Shown here: positions 1 through 13,400 of the stretch, one piece after another | Layout: each line of letters begins with the position of its first letter | Numbering within the stretch: the first letter of the stretch is position 1 | Assembly: GCA_964234715.1 (NCBI GenBank) | Contig: OZ174281.1 | Reading direction: 5' to 3' (one strand) | DNA length: 64,000 nucleotides | Source of the DNA: Podarcis melisellensis | Lineage: Eukaryota | Notes under the pieces: generated by a model | What the model saw: only the letters and a program-made list of their open reading frames with translations | Database searches by the model: none | What the model was told of the DNA's origin: nothing | Program-made: the position numbers and the translations under genes

Positions 1-1124
1 CTTTTGAGAGGCACTGGGTTGCCTTTCTTAGAGCTGGCAACAGTAGGAAAGAGAAGAACAGTCTTTGGAGAATAAAGGTTCAGGTTTATGGTTCCTGCTG
101 CCACTAAACAAGAAATAGTACTTGAGGCTAAACATTGCACGTGCTCGCTCACATTAATTCTTGCACGCTCATTCAGCTTGGTGCTCTATTGACCAGATAA
201 TAAGCACAGTTGGAAATATATGTTGCATGGTTGCTGTGTAATGTTTATTTCACCACTGCATTTTTGGAGATATCTGTTTGCTGTCTCTTAACAAGTACTG
301 GGCTTCAGCAGTTATATAACACAAAGTTGAAACATGTAAACCTGGTTTTTCTCTCCCCATAATAAATCCATACATTTACAAATTCATAATTAATATATTA
401 TACAATTAATAAATATTTGGGGAAATTCAACAAATGATAAATTGCAACAAATTCCCATTGAAATCAATAAAACTTGTTAGCTGTGGGTCCTGTCATTTGC
501 AACTAAATATTTCAGGAACTTGCTGTTGAATAAAAACAAAACTGCCTAGACATCAAACATCTTGTGGGGGCGGATATAGAATCTGTACATAACTACTGAA
601 TTACATTTTGTACCTCCTGGCTATAATATAATTCTGGAAGTGGGATTCTTCAGAGCCATGCTAATCTCTTGGGTGCATATTGGATATAATTGTGTGCACA
701 CTTGTGAATCTTACTATTTTATGGCAGTAAAATAGTGAGAGATTCTGGTAATTTTACATTATTAGTGGTTATTAAGTTTGCTTGTGTTTAAGTTCAAATA
801 AGTTTAGAAGGCAAATGAGTAAACACCTTGGTAGATGGGAATTGGGTGGGGGAAGGGGGTTAATATTGGAAAAGGAGGATTGGTTGAAATGAGAAGCGAG
901 GAGCATCAGTTCCCATTGGGTCCCCAGTGGGGCTGTGTGCATGTGGCTCAAATAGACATAGACTGGAATAATTCCAATATGGAATATGGAAACTTTTGCC
1001 CCAAAACAGATTTGAGAAATTGGATTCTTCCAGTTGTTGTATCTTTTGCTGCTGCCAGGCATCCTTACTTTTGCCCCTGCCATATTTTCAAGCTGTGCGT
1101 ATTTCTGAACAGTGACAGTTTTAA

Positions 1125-1442
1125 GACCCCATCTGCGCTATACATTGAAAGCAGTGTCATATAACTTTAAGCAGTTGTGGGTCCCCCCAAAGAATCCTGG
1201 GAACTGTAGCTGGGAATTGTCCTGAGACTCCTGTTCCATTCACAGAGCTACAATTCCCAGAGTTCCCTAGGAAGAGGGATGGACTGTTGAACCATACTGA
1301 GAATTGTCGTTCTGGTGAATAGAGGTCTCTTAACAATTCTCAGCGCTTTTAACAAACTGCAAGTGGCAATGATTTTTTGGAGGAAGCTCTGGCTGTTTAA
1401 AGTGGTATGACACTGCTTTAAATATATAGTGCAGATGGGGTC
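1125..1442. mobile_element. MITE, probably PIF/Harbinger type
   Basis: ~50-bp imperfect TIRs (GACCCCATCTGCGCTATACATTGAAAGCAGTGTCAT / ATGACACTGCTTTAAATATATAGTGCAGATGGGGTC), flanked by TAA and TTA. Confidence 0.75.
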
Positions 1443-1921
1443 TTATGCATCAGCAAGCACGCACAATACATCTACAGAGCCAGAAAAGTTCAGAAATGGG
1501 AAGCAGTGACAGAAGTGAGGCATGGCAGCAGCAAGTCCAGGGCCTCGGGAGAGGGCAGCAGGCCCCTCCCAGAGGCAAACCACAGAACAAGCCATCATGC
1601 ACAGCCTCATTATGAAGCAGAGACTGGGTATAGATGCACTCTCACTCAGAGTAGACAGCATCAGATGACTAAAGATACACCCACACTTCAAAGCCTTGTT
1701 TTATATTTCTGTCTTGATTTGCTTTAAAAAGAGACTGATTCTGCTCTCCACTGAGTGAAGTCCAATACATTGTATAATGTGACTTAATGTTGTTGAAAGG
1801 CTGCAAGGCCTATATTTCCCTCTCTTTTTAGAGGGCATGAGGCTTATTGTGAATTTTTACTAATTGGTTCCCCCCCTCCTGTTTTGTCTCTTCTTCCTCC
1901 TGATGGTCCTGGCATCCCTAG

Positions 1922-2951
1922 GTTTCAAAGGTCAATGGTGTCACTCGAATGTCATCTCCGGGTGCAAACACAGCCAGTGCCAAAAAGATGAGAGAAGTCA
2001 GACCTTCACCGTCCAAAACTGTGAAGTACACTGCAACAGTGACAAAAGGAACTGTCACATACACCAAAGCCAAGAAAGAACTGGTCAAGGAAACCAAACT
2101 AAATCACCACAAGCCCAGTTCACCTGTCAACCATACAATCTCAGGGAAAACGGAAAGTAGCAATGCAAAAACCCGCAAACAGGTGCTATCTCTTGGAGTG
2201 GCCAAGCCCAACAATACCGCTGTTAACGGTGTCAAGGTCAATGGCAAGTTGAACCAAAAGACATGCACTAAGGAGGTAGGGAGGCAGTTGAGGGAGGGGC
2301 TGCGCAATTCAAAAAGGAGACTGGAAGAGGCAAACCACATAGACAAAACACAGTCGCCGACCAAGAAGCTAAAGGGGCCAGTCAGCGTGGCTGAAGCCCC
2401 AAGCAAAAAGGCGCCTGCGGAGAAGCCTTTGCTGAACGGCCACGTGAAGAAGCCTGGAAGTCAGGAAGTGCCACAGAAAAGTCTGGAAAGAAACAGGCCG
2501 AAGAGAGCTGCTGCTGGGAAGAACATGCCAGGGAAACAAGCACATAGCAAAACTGAAAATGCCTCCTGTGAAAATCATTCTACCTCTCAAACCGAGTCCT
2601 TGCACAAGCCACATGACTCAACGGGGAAGCACGAGAAGGTCAGCGTCAAGTCTGGGTGGGCCATGATGGAGGAGATCCCTATCTTCAAGCCTTCCCCAAA
2701 GGAGTTCCATGACCCGTTGATATACATCGAGTCGATCCGTGCTCAGGTTGAGAAGTATGGGATGTGCAGGGTGATCCCTCCTCCCGACTGGAGGCCCGAG
2801 TGCAAGCTGAATGAAGAAATGCGCTTTGTGACGCAAATACAACACATTCACAAGCTGAGCAGGCGCTGGGGGCCCAATGTGCAGCGGCTGGCCTGTATCA
2901 AGAAGCACCTCAAATCTCAGGGCATTACAATGGATGAGCTTCCACTCATAG
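1922..2951 (+). CDS. JARID2: JARID2 large coding exon (exon 7 equivalent), basic/low-complexity region plus JmjN
   Basis: ctag|GTTTCAAAG acceptor; [12 protein letters not shown]...[40 protein letters not shown] (JmjN)...DELPLI; donor G|gtgagt. Confidence 0.97.
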
Positions 2952-4612
2952 GTGAGTCCTTTGTTGTGTTCTGTTCTTTTCCCAATTTATAGCAGGTCCC
3001 TATTTTGAGCATCAGTTCCTTCTCAGATTGACAGGCCTCCTGTGAAAACTGCAGGACACTAGGCTTCATTCATAGCTGATTCATAAGCCAGGTGCGGTGC
3101 AGGTGCATACTGAGCTGTTTCCCTGTTATGCTTCACTTAAACATGTTGATCCTTCTTTGCTGGCTATAGAGAAATGTTGTTTTATTTCTCCTAGAGCAAA
3201 AGAGGCATATCTGCTCATGTTCCAAGGCTACTTCACGTTACGCCTAAAGAAAATGGTGTAGTCATGCTCATTGAAGTGTCCCCAGTCTTCATTACAGTAG
3301 GGTTTCCTGGTGTTTTCCTAGCAAGGTGTGTGTACCAGTGATGCACAGCGGTGCAAACAAGTTAACAATTTGGTTTAATAACTCTCTTCTCCTTAAACAT
3401 TCCTCACACGCCACCCCAATCAACTTTGATTAAGTGATTTCCGTTCGAATATCTAAATCACCAAAATTACAAATTTTCAACAATCTTCAGGCATTTAACA
3501 AATCTTGGATGACAAGCATTGAAGTGGAGTTTGTAGCAAAACGGCAGTTTTGTAAACTTACGCAGCAGGTTTGATTATTTAATTGAATTGGTGGTTTGCT
3601 TTCTGCCATCAGATAGGATGCACATGGTAGTATGTTTTTAAAAGTGGCATACTAGTTGGTGAAACAACAATTCCCTTTAGAATACCCTTTATTCTTTGGA
3701 AGAAGGTCCCTTTTAATCTGTTCTTCCTAAGCAATTTTAAAATTTAATAAATTTGCTAGAGCTCCTGTTACACTTGCAAGCTTTAATCAGTGTGATTGCG
3801 GAGGTCAGTTTTAATTGATGAGGTCAATTTTTAATTGCTAGGGCTGAGAGATGGCTACAGTTGTTTTATTTTTGAAGCTGATTTTCATTCTGGAAATTAA
3901 AAAGAAAATAGTGAAGATGGGTATTTTCTTCCAGGAATAAGAAATAGTGCTTTAAATTAACTGGCAAGTTGTAGTAAAAATAAATTGTAATTTGCAGCCT
4001 TTGACTTCAGTGGAATATAAGCAGCCTAATGATAAGTAGGATTCCAGCCTTTATGATACAACATTTCCTTTAGTAACTCCTTTAGCATATTGATATTTTG
4101 GTTGTATAAAACATTTATTAAAGCTAATCAATAAGATAATTTGTTAAAAGGCAATAGATGATAGTTGATGTGAAACACTTTAGTTGTGAAACTGACCTTG
4201 TGTGTCTGATTAAAACTGTATGCATGTGTATATTTAGCCACACTACAGATGATTTAATGTTAGAAGAATGAGTGAGTCTTGGGCTCACACTTTCTTCATC
4301 CTTCTCTAGCACAGCTATGAGAAGGAGCTTGGGAAGTGTTGCTTCTCTTTTACAGTATCTGTCACTTGATATGTAGTCTGAGACGAGATAAACTGAAGTT
4401 ATTCTTAATTACCGATTCTTGAAACAAGCAAACTTCAAACCATAGTTTGTGAAGCCGGTTTGTTTCTGCTAACAGTGATTAAGATTAACCTTAGTTTGTC
4501 CCAAGTTCTGCTATTAATTTCAGATGGAACTGGAAGCTTCTGATGTTCTGTAAGGGAGCATGTGAGCCCAAGACTTACTGAGCGTGTTCTATATCCAACC
4601 ACTGAGTTAATA

Positions 4613-4967
4613 CAGTGGTGCCTCGCAAGACGAAATTAATCCGTTCCGTGAGGCTCTTCGTCTAGCGGTTTTTTCGTCTTGCGAAGCAAGCCCATTGACA
4701 GCTTAGCGGATTAGCGCTACAGCTGTCAAGCGGCTTCCAGCGATCAGCTGTTAAGCGGCTTATCAGCGGAACAGCTGATAAGCGGCTTAGCGGCTTAAGA
4801 AAAGGGTGAAAAAAGCGAAAAAACCCGCGGGGGGATGCAAGATTTTTTTCGTCTTGCGAAGCAACCCCATAGGGGAATTCGTTTTGCGAAGTGCCTCCAA
4901 AACGGAAAATCCTTTCGTCTAGCGGGTTTTTCGTCTTGTGAGGCGTTCGTCTTGCGGGGCACCACTG
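4613..4967. mobile_element. Tigger/pogo-like (Tc1/mariner superfamily) MITE
   Basis: TA TSD; 22-bp TIR CAGTGGTGCCTCGCAAGACGAA with 1 mismatch; internal repeats of TTCGTCTTGCG; CpG-rich. Confidence 0.9.
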
Positions 4968-5716
4968 TATAAGGATTCTATAGCATTAATATATGAAATG
5001 CTGTGTAAATGCCATTCCTTCTGACAGTTTTTATTTTATCTGGGTTCAAAAGAGGGTTCTTCCCCCCCCTTCCTTGCAAAGTTGAACTCAAAATAAACTT
5101 CCATTCCATATCGTTATGGTTCATATATAGCAAGCATGTTATGAAAGAAATCCAGTCTTACAAAGTAGAGCTGTATTAATAATGTCATGAGTCAAAGAAC
5201 TGCAGTAAATGCCAAATTTAAGAGAATGAGCTCTTTAGTGCTTTTATATACTGAGCAGCCTGACACTGTTTGAAGCTTCCCTCATTGCAAGGACCAATGA
5301 AAACAAATTAAAATCTTGAAATCATTGACAGTGAAATATCAGTTTGCTCATTTCTCTGCTCATTTCACCAAATCTCATAATTGGGTGACGAGAAGAACCA
5401 GCTTTCTTCAATGAGTTCTGAAAGGATGCATAAGTTTTGGATTTTTCAGTGTAAAACTAACAAAAAACCACTGTCAGAAAACAGTTGGCAAAGGCTAGCC
5501 CTGGAAATCGTAAGCACATATGTCAAGTGTTTAAGGCCTCTGTGCATGTAAAGGTTTGCTGAAGATGCCCTTCAGAAGCTGCTTTCAAATGTTTTCCTGG
5601 TTCATGCATTTGCCAAACTGGTGATAGCTTATATATATGGCAGGGCACCAGGCTTGACCAAATGCCCCACGTATAGAATACATTCATATACACCCTAGGA
5701 TGAATTTAATAGCTTA

Positions 5717-6483
5717 CCGTATTTTTCGCCCTATAGGACGCACAGTCCCATAAGGCGCACCTAGGTTTTTTTGGGGGGGGGGAATTAAGGGGAAAAAATA
5801 TTTTCCCCCCAGGCCAGAGCTTCCCCCGACCCCAGCCCCCAGAACAGGCAACTCTCCGCAAGCCGCGGGAGCCCAACGCCGGGCTCCCGCGCCTTACGGA
5901 GAGCTGCGCCAAGCCTGGGTGCACTGAGCTCAGCACGCGCAGGCTTCAGCATGCAGGCAACTCTCCGCAAGCTGCGGGAGCCTGGCGCCGGGCTCCCGCG
6001 CCTTGCGGAGAGCTACCTGAAGCCCTGGCGTGACTGCTCAGTGCGCTGGGGCTTCGGGATAAGAGGCAGCTTTGCGCAAGCCAGGGGAGGGCTCCCGCGG
6101 CTTGCGCACAGCTACCCGAAGCTCCGGCACAACTGCTCAGCGCGCCGGGGCTTCGGGATAAGAGGCAGCTTTGCGCAAGCCAGGGGAGGGCTCCCGCGGC
6201 TTGCACACAGCTACCCGAAGCCCGGGCGAGACTGCTCAGAGCGCCTGGGCTTCAGGGTGCAGGCAGCTCTGCGCAAGCCGGGGGAGCCCGGGGGGAACTC
6301 CCGCGGGCTCCCAAGGCTTGCAGATAGCTTCCTGAAGCCTAGAGAGGGAGAGGGGTCAGTGCGCACCGACCCCTCTCGCTCTCCAGGCTTCAGCAAAAGC
6401 CTTCATTCGCCCCATAGGACGCACATACATTTCCCCTTCATTTTTGGAGGGGGGAAGTGTGTCCTATAGGGCGAAAAATACGG
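5717..6483 (+). mobile_element. Tc2/pogo-like non-autonomous DNA transposon, copy 1, with internal ~100-110-bp hairpin tandem array
   Basis: TA TSD; 27-bp TIR CCGTATTTTTCGCCCTATAGGACGCAC with 1 mismatch; 3' ~170 bp shared with copies 2 and 3. Confidence 0.9.
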
Positions 6484-9242
6484 TAATTGCAGTATAATTG
6501 TACACATGACCTTGATGCTCCACTGCATGTGGTTTCGATGAGCTTGGGAACCAGCCCTTGCAGTAAACACTTGCCTCTAGGTGTGCAACATAGCTTACAA
6601 ACGGGCTGCTTAGCCAACATGCACATACATTGCACTGGATATTTGCAGTAACTTTAAACTGGGGCTTATACTTCAGTTTGTAATTCTAAAGACTGCTTGG
6701 TATGTGTTCCCTGGTACAGAGTTATCTAAGCTGCAGTCTTCATACATATTTCCCAAAGCGACCTTTTCTCCTTAGCCTTTAACCACGTAAAACCTGCAGA
6801 ATTGAAAGGGCAGCTAACAGGCCTTCAGCAGCAATTTATGCAGCATGGTGTCTTCTTTTTGTGTGTGGAAAACTAAAACTCAAAACAATTATTATTTATT
6901 TCATTTTATCTTTTGGCCAAGGGATGCCTTGGCCTTCATTCTCGCCTCAGGCAAGGTGGTGTATCTGTCTGTTTAGGAATCATGACTAGGTAGCAGTACA
7001 GACCTTTTGTGAACTATGATGTTCATCAGATTCCTGTAAAAAGTGCTACCTGTTTTTAGTTAAAACTAGAAGCTCAAGCGTTAGATTGGACATTTGTAGT
7101 TTTCCATCATATCATTTGACTAATGAAATGGTGCTGGAAGGGACTTTCTTTCCGCCTTTTCATACAAAACCTTCAGGAAGGTTTCTCAGATTTTTTCCTA
7201 TAGAATACAGTGATTAGCTAACATGAAATAAACACTTCCATTACTCTTTTTATCCCAGCCTACCTCTGTATAAGATGAAACTTAATAGATAGTGAGGTTT
7301 TAAACAAATTATGGCTGCAATAAATCCTTCACCACCACCTTAAAATGTAAACAAACTTCAAGCAAGATCCATAATAAAATAAAAAAATTCTCACAGCTTT
7401 CCGTGTACTTCATACCTGAGGAACAGTTCTGTATAGCTCCACAGTTTGCATACTGCATTGCTCCCTTTGTTTGGTCTAAATAAAATGCTACTTTGCTGAT
7501 GGCACACCAAATTTCATAAATGTGTGATAGGTTTGTAACCCATGTTTCTTTTTAAAATCCTTTAGCGGTGTCCTAATTAAATATGAGTTGTTAGCTTCAT
7601 CAGTTTATTATCTCAAATACTGTCCTCCTGAGATGTCCTTTAGTTTTCTGTAATCTTTATGGCAGGTAGAAAGCTATGTATTTGTCTACCCCTTGCCAGC
7701 AGATAAATGGGGTTTTATGTAGTGTGTGTGTGTGTGTGCGCTTGTTTTTCTCCTTGGCTCATTCTCCTGGGGGAAAAAAAGCTTTACCATATTGCTGATC
7801 TTGAACATTTTACAACAAGCACAAAATCCGTAGCAGTCGCCTCCTTTTCGTAAGGGTCAGATCTCATAAAATTGCTCAAGAAAAGCTACCAAGCCTCATT
7901 AAACCCAGAGTTGGTTTGGCCCTGTTTTTGTGTTGCCTGAAAGCACTCACTCCTTGACAAAACATGGAACGGCTACTTTCACCTGCAGCAATCACACCAC
8001 TCTCTGTGCCTCTCCTCCCTGCAATGACTTGCCAAAGTTGAAGCATTATTCCATTATCATTTTTTGTCAGTAAGAGATTTTGTCAGCTTTGCAAAGGCAC
8101 TTTGACATCAGATAATGAGCACAAATTAATTACTCCAGGGGTGGGCAGAAGATAGGTCTGCAGGATCTGTTGCTGAATGACTCGCTGTTAAATAGATCAC
8201 CAGCTAAGTAGATCTTGCAAACAATTGACTCCCAAATGTTTAACAATAGCAGCAACAAAATGATGCCTCCCCCACCCCTGGCACCAAAATCCCCTAAACT
8301 ATGCTGCAGAAATTAAGATAGCTTGGAGTAACCAGAAGTGGATTTTTGTGTGGAAGAACTGCAAACTCTTATTTTAGCTGTGGTACTCAAAACAAATTTG
8401 GAGGCTCAGAACTCTTTAATTCTGAGTGTATGTTTTGTACCAAGCTCCTGTTTGTGCATCTTCCAGCACCACTTAAACACAAAATAGAACCCACTAACCT
8501 GCAGTCCACCAACCTATGAATTAACCTTTTGATAAATCTGAGCTTCTGTGGAGGTTTTGGGCTGGTGTTTGCATCACATGGCTGCTTGATAAATGCAGTA
8601 ACTACAGATCGATCTTGGATATTGCATAAATGCTGATCAAGAAACCGTAATATCTTTAGATAGGAAACAGGGGGCACAAAGTACATTCTGTAGAGTGTGT
8701 AGCACAATATTAATAGTTACCACAACAGTGACCTCAAATCCAGTTTGAAGCAGATCTGTGTGGTGCAGTGGGGGCATTAATTTGACTGCAGACGTTTGTA
8801 ATGGCATTTGCACAAAAGAAAGCAATATTCACATGATGGGGGGGGGGAGAGCATCCTATTTGGCACAGTTTGCCATTTAGAAAGATACCCAAAGGCAGTT
8901 GAAACTTGATGCAGGTGGGTGGCAAATCACAAGGCGAGTGCAGTGAATACTACGAAAGCCTAGTGATTTTGCAGTGGCTTAATTTTCTTCCGATTCCCTT
9001 TTTTTAAAGACGGATGGTCCAGAAATAACACTGACATCTGATTTTCTATATTGAGGGGCTTTATTCTTCATTCGTTTGCACAGATGAGTTTTCAGTCTTG
9101 CTCCTATTTACAGTCCAAAGTGATGCAGCCACTTCCACAATACGTAGGCCTGGATTGTATACTGTCTGCTGTCAGTTTTCCTAACCATGTTTTTCCTTCC
9201 CCCTGTATGTCCTCCTTTCCCTTCCACTTCACTGACACCCAG

Positions 9243-9739
9243 GAGGATGTGAGCTGGATTTGGCCTGCTTTTTCCAACTGATCAACGAAATGGGGGGCAT
9301 GCAGCAAGTGACTGACCTCAAGAAATGGAACAAGCTGGCAGACCTGCTGCGGATCCCCAAAACTGCACAGGACAGGTTAGCAAAGCTGCAGGAGGCGTAC
9401 TGCCAGTACTTGCTCTCCTATGACTCCCTCTCTGCCGAGGAGCACAAGAGACTGGAGAAGGAAGTCCTCTTTGAAAAGGAGGTCCTAGAAAAGAGGAAAG
9501 GCCCCCTGGAGGTACATTCGGAGAACAACTATGAATTCCAGTCTCTCCCCCGGTATGAGCCCAAAAACGGACTCATCAATGGCGTGGTTCATAAAAACGG
9601 CTTCCGGAACAAGGCGAAGGAAGTCGAAGTCCCACAGAAAACGGGCCGGCGGCGACTCTTCTCTCAGGAAAAAGAGACCGTGAAGGAAGAGGAGGAAGAC
9701 AAAGGCGTTCTCAGTGACCTCCACAAGTGTGTATATAAG
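9243..9739 (+). CDS. JARID2: JARID2 exon 8 equivalent, ARID domain
   Basis: cccag|GAGGATGT; [39 protein letters not shown]...HKCVYK; donor AAG|gtaagc. Confidence 0.97.
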
Positions 9740-10289
9740 GTAAGCAGAAGCCTTGCCGTTGGCCCTGCTTAGAACGTGCAACTCGAAATGCAAGCAGTAT
9801 TTTTGTCCGCAGTTGCCAGCTCTGATTTAGTGCAAACAGTGGTTTGGAAGGCTTATTCCTCCTGACGCTGAGCACATCCATTTGCAGAGGAATGTTGACT
9901 CCCCCACTCAATTTGATTTGGCAGCCTCCCCACTATTAAGCAGGAGCTGGCAACCGCTGCTTGCTGTGTAATTGTTAGTGAGGTTGGATTTAGTGAGTGA
10001 GGCTGAGCTGCTAAGAGAGAAAGAAATATGGTGTTTATTACGCTGGTGCCTGTGCCCGGCACATACTGCTTTTTCCATCACTGCTCTTTCTCTTCTCGCT
10101 GCAAAACAGGAATCAGGTGCTGCCTGAAATTGGCAACTTCTGGTGCCTCTGTGCAGAGGCTGTCAGTCTTCAAGAATGGAGGCCTATCTATTCATTCCTG
10201 TGCCAGATTCTGTTTACTTCTATATTAACCGCATTTGTATTCCTGCCTTTTTTGCTCAAGAGGTCTGGGCAAAGGATTAATTTACTTTA

Positions 10290-10432
10290 TCTTCTCTACA
10301 ACCCTGGGAGTGAGGTGAGCCTGTGTGGCTGTGACTTGTGCAAGGCCACCTAGCGAGTTTAATGTCTGAGTGGGGAATGGGCTTGGCTTTCCCGTGTCCA
10401 AACACAACACTCCAGCCACAACACCACACTGT
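10290..10432 (-). mobile_element. Old tRNA-derived SINE fragment (Squam3/MIR-like)
   Basis: Reverse strand reads cagtgtggtgttgtggctggagtgttg...ccccactcagac...gtggccttgcacaagtcacag...cctcactcccagggttgtag, resembling squamate CORE-type SINEs. Confidence 0.5.
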
Positions 10433-13400
10433 AGGCTCTTGACATTCGCCTGCCTATGATCAGCTCAAGCAGTCTAATTTCCAGGGCTTGCAATAGCGAG
10501 CAATGGAGTTAACAATTGCGAGAGTTCAGACCTTGGAAGAATCTGCCCCCTCACCCCATGACAGCTTTATAAACGTAAATACCAGGTTAAAATATACACT
10601 CAATTACCACTTGGAATGTATTCATTATGATTTAATGTCATTTGATAGCTCTTGCTGTAATATGTTTATCCGTGAAACAAATTGGCCTGTTGCTCTTCTC
10701 AACACCTTCTTCCTGACACCCTGCAGTCGGTCAGGCCTAGAAATTGGCTGGGTCATTGGACGCCCTCACCCCACCACCTGCGACCTGACAGTCCTCATGA
10801 CTGGCAGCTGCATTTCACAGGACTAGAGTGTGTGGAATAAGTCAGCAGAGGTTATGGCTACTTAACTAAGCCTATGCTTCCTCTTACAGAATCATTTATC
10901 GCCACTGAATATTCATGCAACACCTTTATTATACCAAGGGATGTTACAGGAGTGTTCCCAAGTCTATAAAAAATTACATCGTGAAAGTAAAAGTACTGTA
11001 AGAATGAACACAATGAGCAAGGCCCTTTTATCAAATTTGTACAGTAAGAGTAGACCCATTAAAATTAATGGACCTAAGTTTGATAAAACCTTAGGTTTGG
11101 GGGAGGTTTTTTATTTGTGAAGCCTTTTCCTTCAGATCTCTTCAGTTCCCTTGTGGATGTCTAATTGAGACTGGGGGTTGTTGTTTTTTAATTGAATTAA
11201 AGCCTTTTAGTCCGCAATCAGTTTGACAGTATAGCTTATATACTTAAGCTATGATCTTCTACTTCTGTTTAAAAGTGCATATTTTTAATGCCAGCCAGAA
11301 GTGCTGCCACTGTCAGCAAATTCCATAGGAAACTAATACTGCAATTGGAGTCAGTCTTTCACTTCTGCTAGAGGTAAAAGAAAATCTGCTCGGTCAAATT
11401 ATTTGTAGTCAGACTACAATAGCTTTGTTTTGTTCTGCTAAACTCATGCAGAAAAAGAGAGAAATGAACTAAATATGTGGTATTAAAAATCCTTTGTACA
11501 TTTACCTGGTAGTAAGTCAGGTATTACTTATGAGTAACCACACAAAATTGCACTGCAAATCATGATCAAGCCATATGCTTGGCTTCCCATGTAAAGAATT
11601 TGTATCGTGTCACAAAATAAAGGGGATTCATTATTCTATCTGGCAATAGGTTGTTTTTTTTAATGGGGGTAGGCTCCCAGTTTTCCTAATTCTCCTAAAG
11701 TCATGGGTTGGATACCAGACTAAGTTAGTTGAGCTTAGGTCACATGAAATAAGTGAGACAGTGTATGCAAAGAATCTGTAACCTGCATATATCAACTAGG
11801 AGAAATGCGAAGTTAAAGTCTCCTATATAGATTCCTCCTGTTGCCCATCACTCCTCTCATAGTTTGCCTTTGGGTTATAGTTGGGATGGGAGTCAAGCAT
11901 CACCCCTTAAGGGACCAGATTTGGACCAGGAGGTTCCAGTTGCTAAGTTATTTAGAGGAAATTCTCCGACAATGACTCCTCCAAACAAACTATGGGCAGT
12001 AAGTCCAAGAACAAACCTTAGTTTCCACCCTGGGTTTTGGAGAGAAACAACCCACGAGGACTGGCTTCCACTTAACGCTAAGCAAAAGCTGTGGTTTGTT
12101 TCCTCCCAACTCAGGGCAGGGTGGAGCATAGTAGAAGCAATTCTTCAGTGTGCCATCGCACATTCCTAACCATGGTTTGTTTCTTACTGTGGCTTAACAT
12201 TACATGTGAACTGGGACGGGTATTTGGGTTTCACTTGGGGAATTCTTTAAATAAGTGTGCAAATGTTTTGAGATGGAATCAAGGAAGAGAAGGAGTATTT
12301 TGCACTGAAACGATGACTATTGCAAATCTCCTCACAATGATGTGTTCTTTTAAACCAAATAGATAAATCAAAGTGAGAAAAAATTCTCCCAAATGAATGT
12401 AATTTCAGACAAAGGCTGGAAAGTGAGAGTTTCCTTGGAGGGTGCTTTATGCCCAGAGGAAAAATTTAAGAACTAATAAATCGGATCAATTATGACTAAT
12501 CTTTTTTATTAAAAAAGTTGAGAAAACTTCTGCCCTGAGGTAGGGTTGCCACCTCTCTCCGATAGTAACCAGTTCTTGATGATAATTTCCTCCTTTATTT
12601 GTCTGGCAAAAAAACCCAAACCCCACAGCAAGCACTCCTTAAATCTAGACAGCTGTTTCTCTGTGCTTGTGAGCAGTCTTTGTAAACCCTGAATTACAGA
12701 CGCAAATTTGATGGCTGTTGAATAGCACTTTTGAAGGATGTTTTTTTTGTTAGACTACCCCAATAAATGGTTCACATGGGCAGTAAAAGAGGAAGGAAAT
12801 TGCTCATTTTATTTACAAGCATGCAGCTCTGACATTTAAGAGTGTCTTAGCTCTCCTCCCCTGATGGGCACTTGTAATAGCTTAATTGCCTTGTGTTCAT
12901 TTCGCATTTTATTTTTTATGGGGCAGTTCAACATTTTTGTGTAGTCAGTGGGCCTGAGCTAAGACTTTGATTGGGGGAAAATATTCGGTAGTGTCTGTTT
13001 TTGCTCTAGGAGAAGGAAGCAGAAAACTACTGAAAGTTTGACTCTGTAGTTTGAACTAATTAACTTAAAACTTTTGCTAACACATGAGCCTTCTCTTTAC
13101 CCCCACAAAGCGTGTTTTCCATCCCCCAACATGCACCATTAACAGGTTGGGGTCTGGGATCCAGCCAAGTGTTGAAAATCAGCGAAAACCTTTATTGCAG
13201 AAGTGCATTGTAACTGAAAGCACCTTAAGTCTTTCTGTTCTCAATGAATTGTGGAAAATATCTGTAATCATCAAAACAAAATAGTGGTCTTCATAGTCAG
13301 AGAGAAAATGAAGATGAATTTTAAGACAAATAGCTAGCTTCCATTTGTGCATGTTAAAGCACTGTGAGACTGCAAGTTTTAATGTTAAGCTCACGGTGTG

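Noticed and set aside
772-1727. ORFs upstream of JARID2 exon 7 as additional exons
   Set aside because: No recognisable JARID2 peptide or convincing splice sites; partly overlap a MITE.
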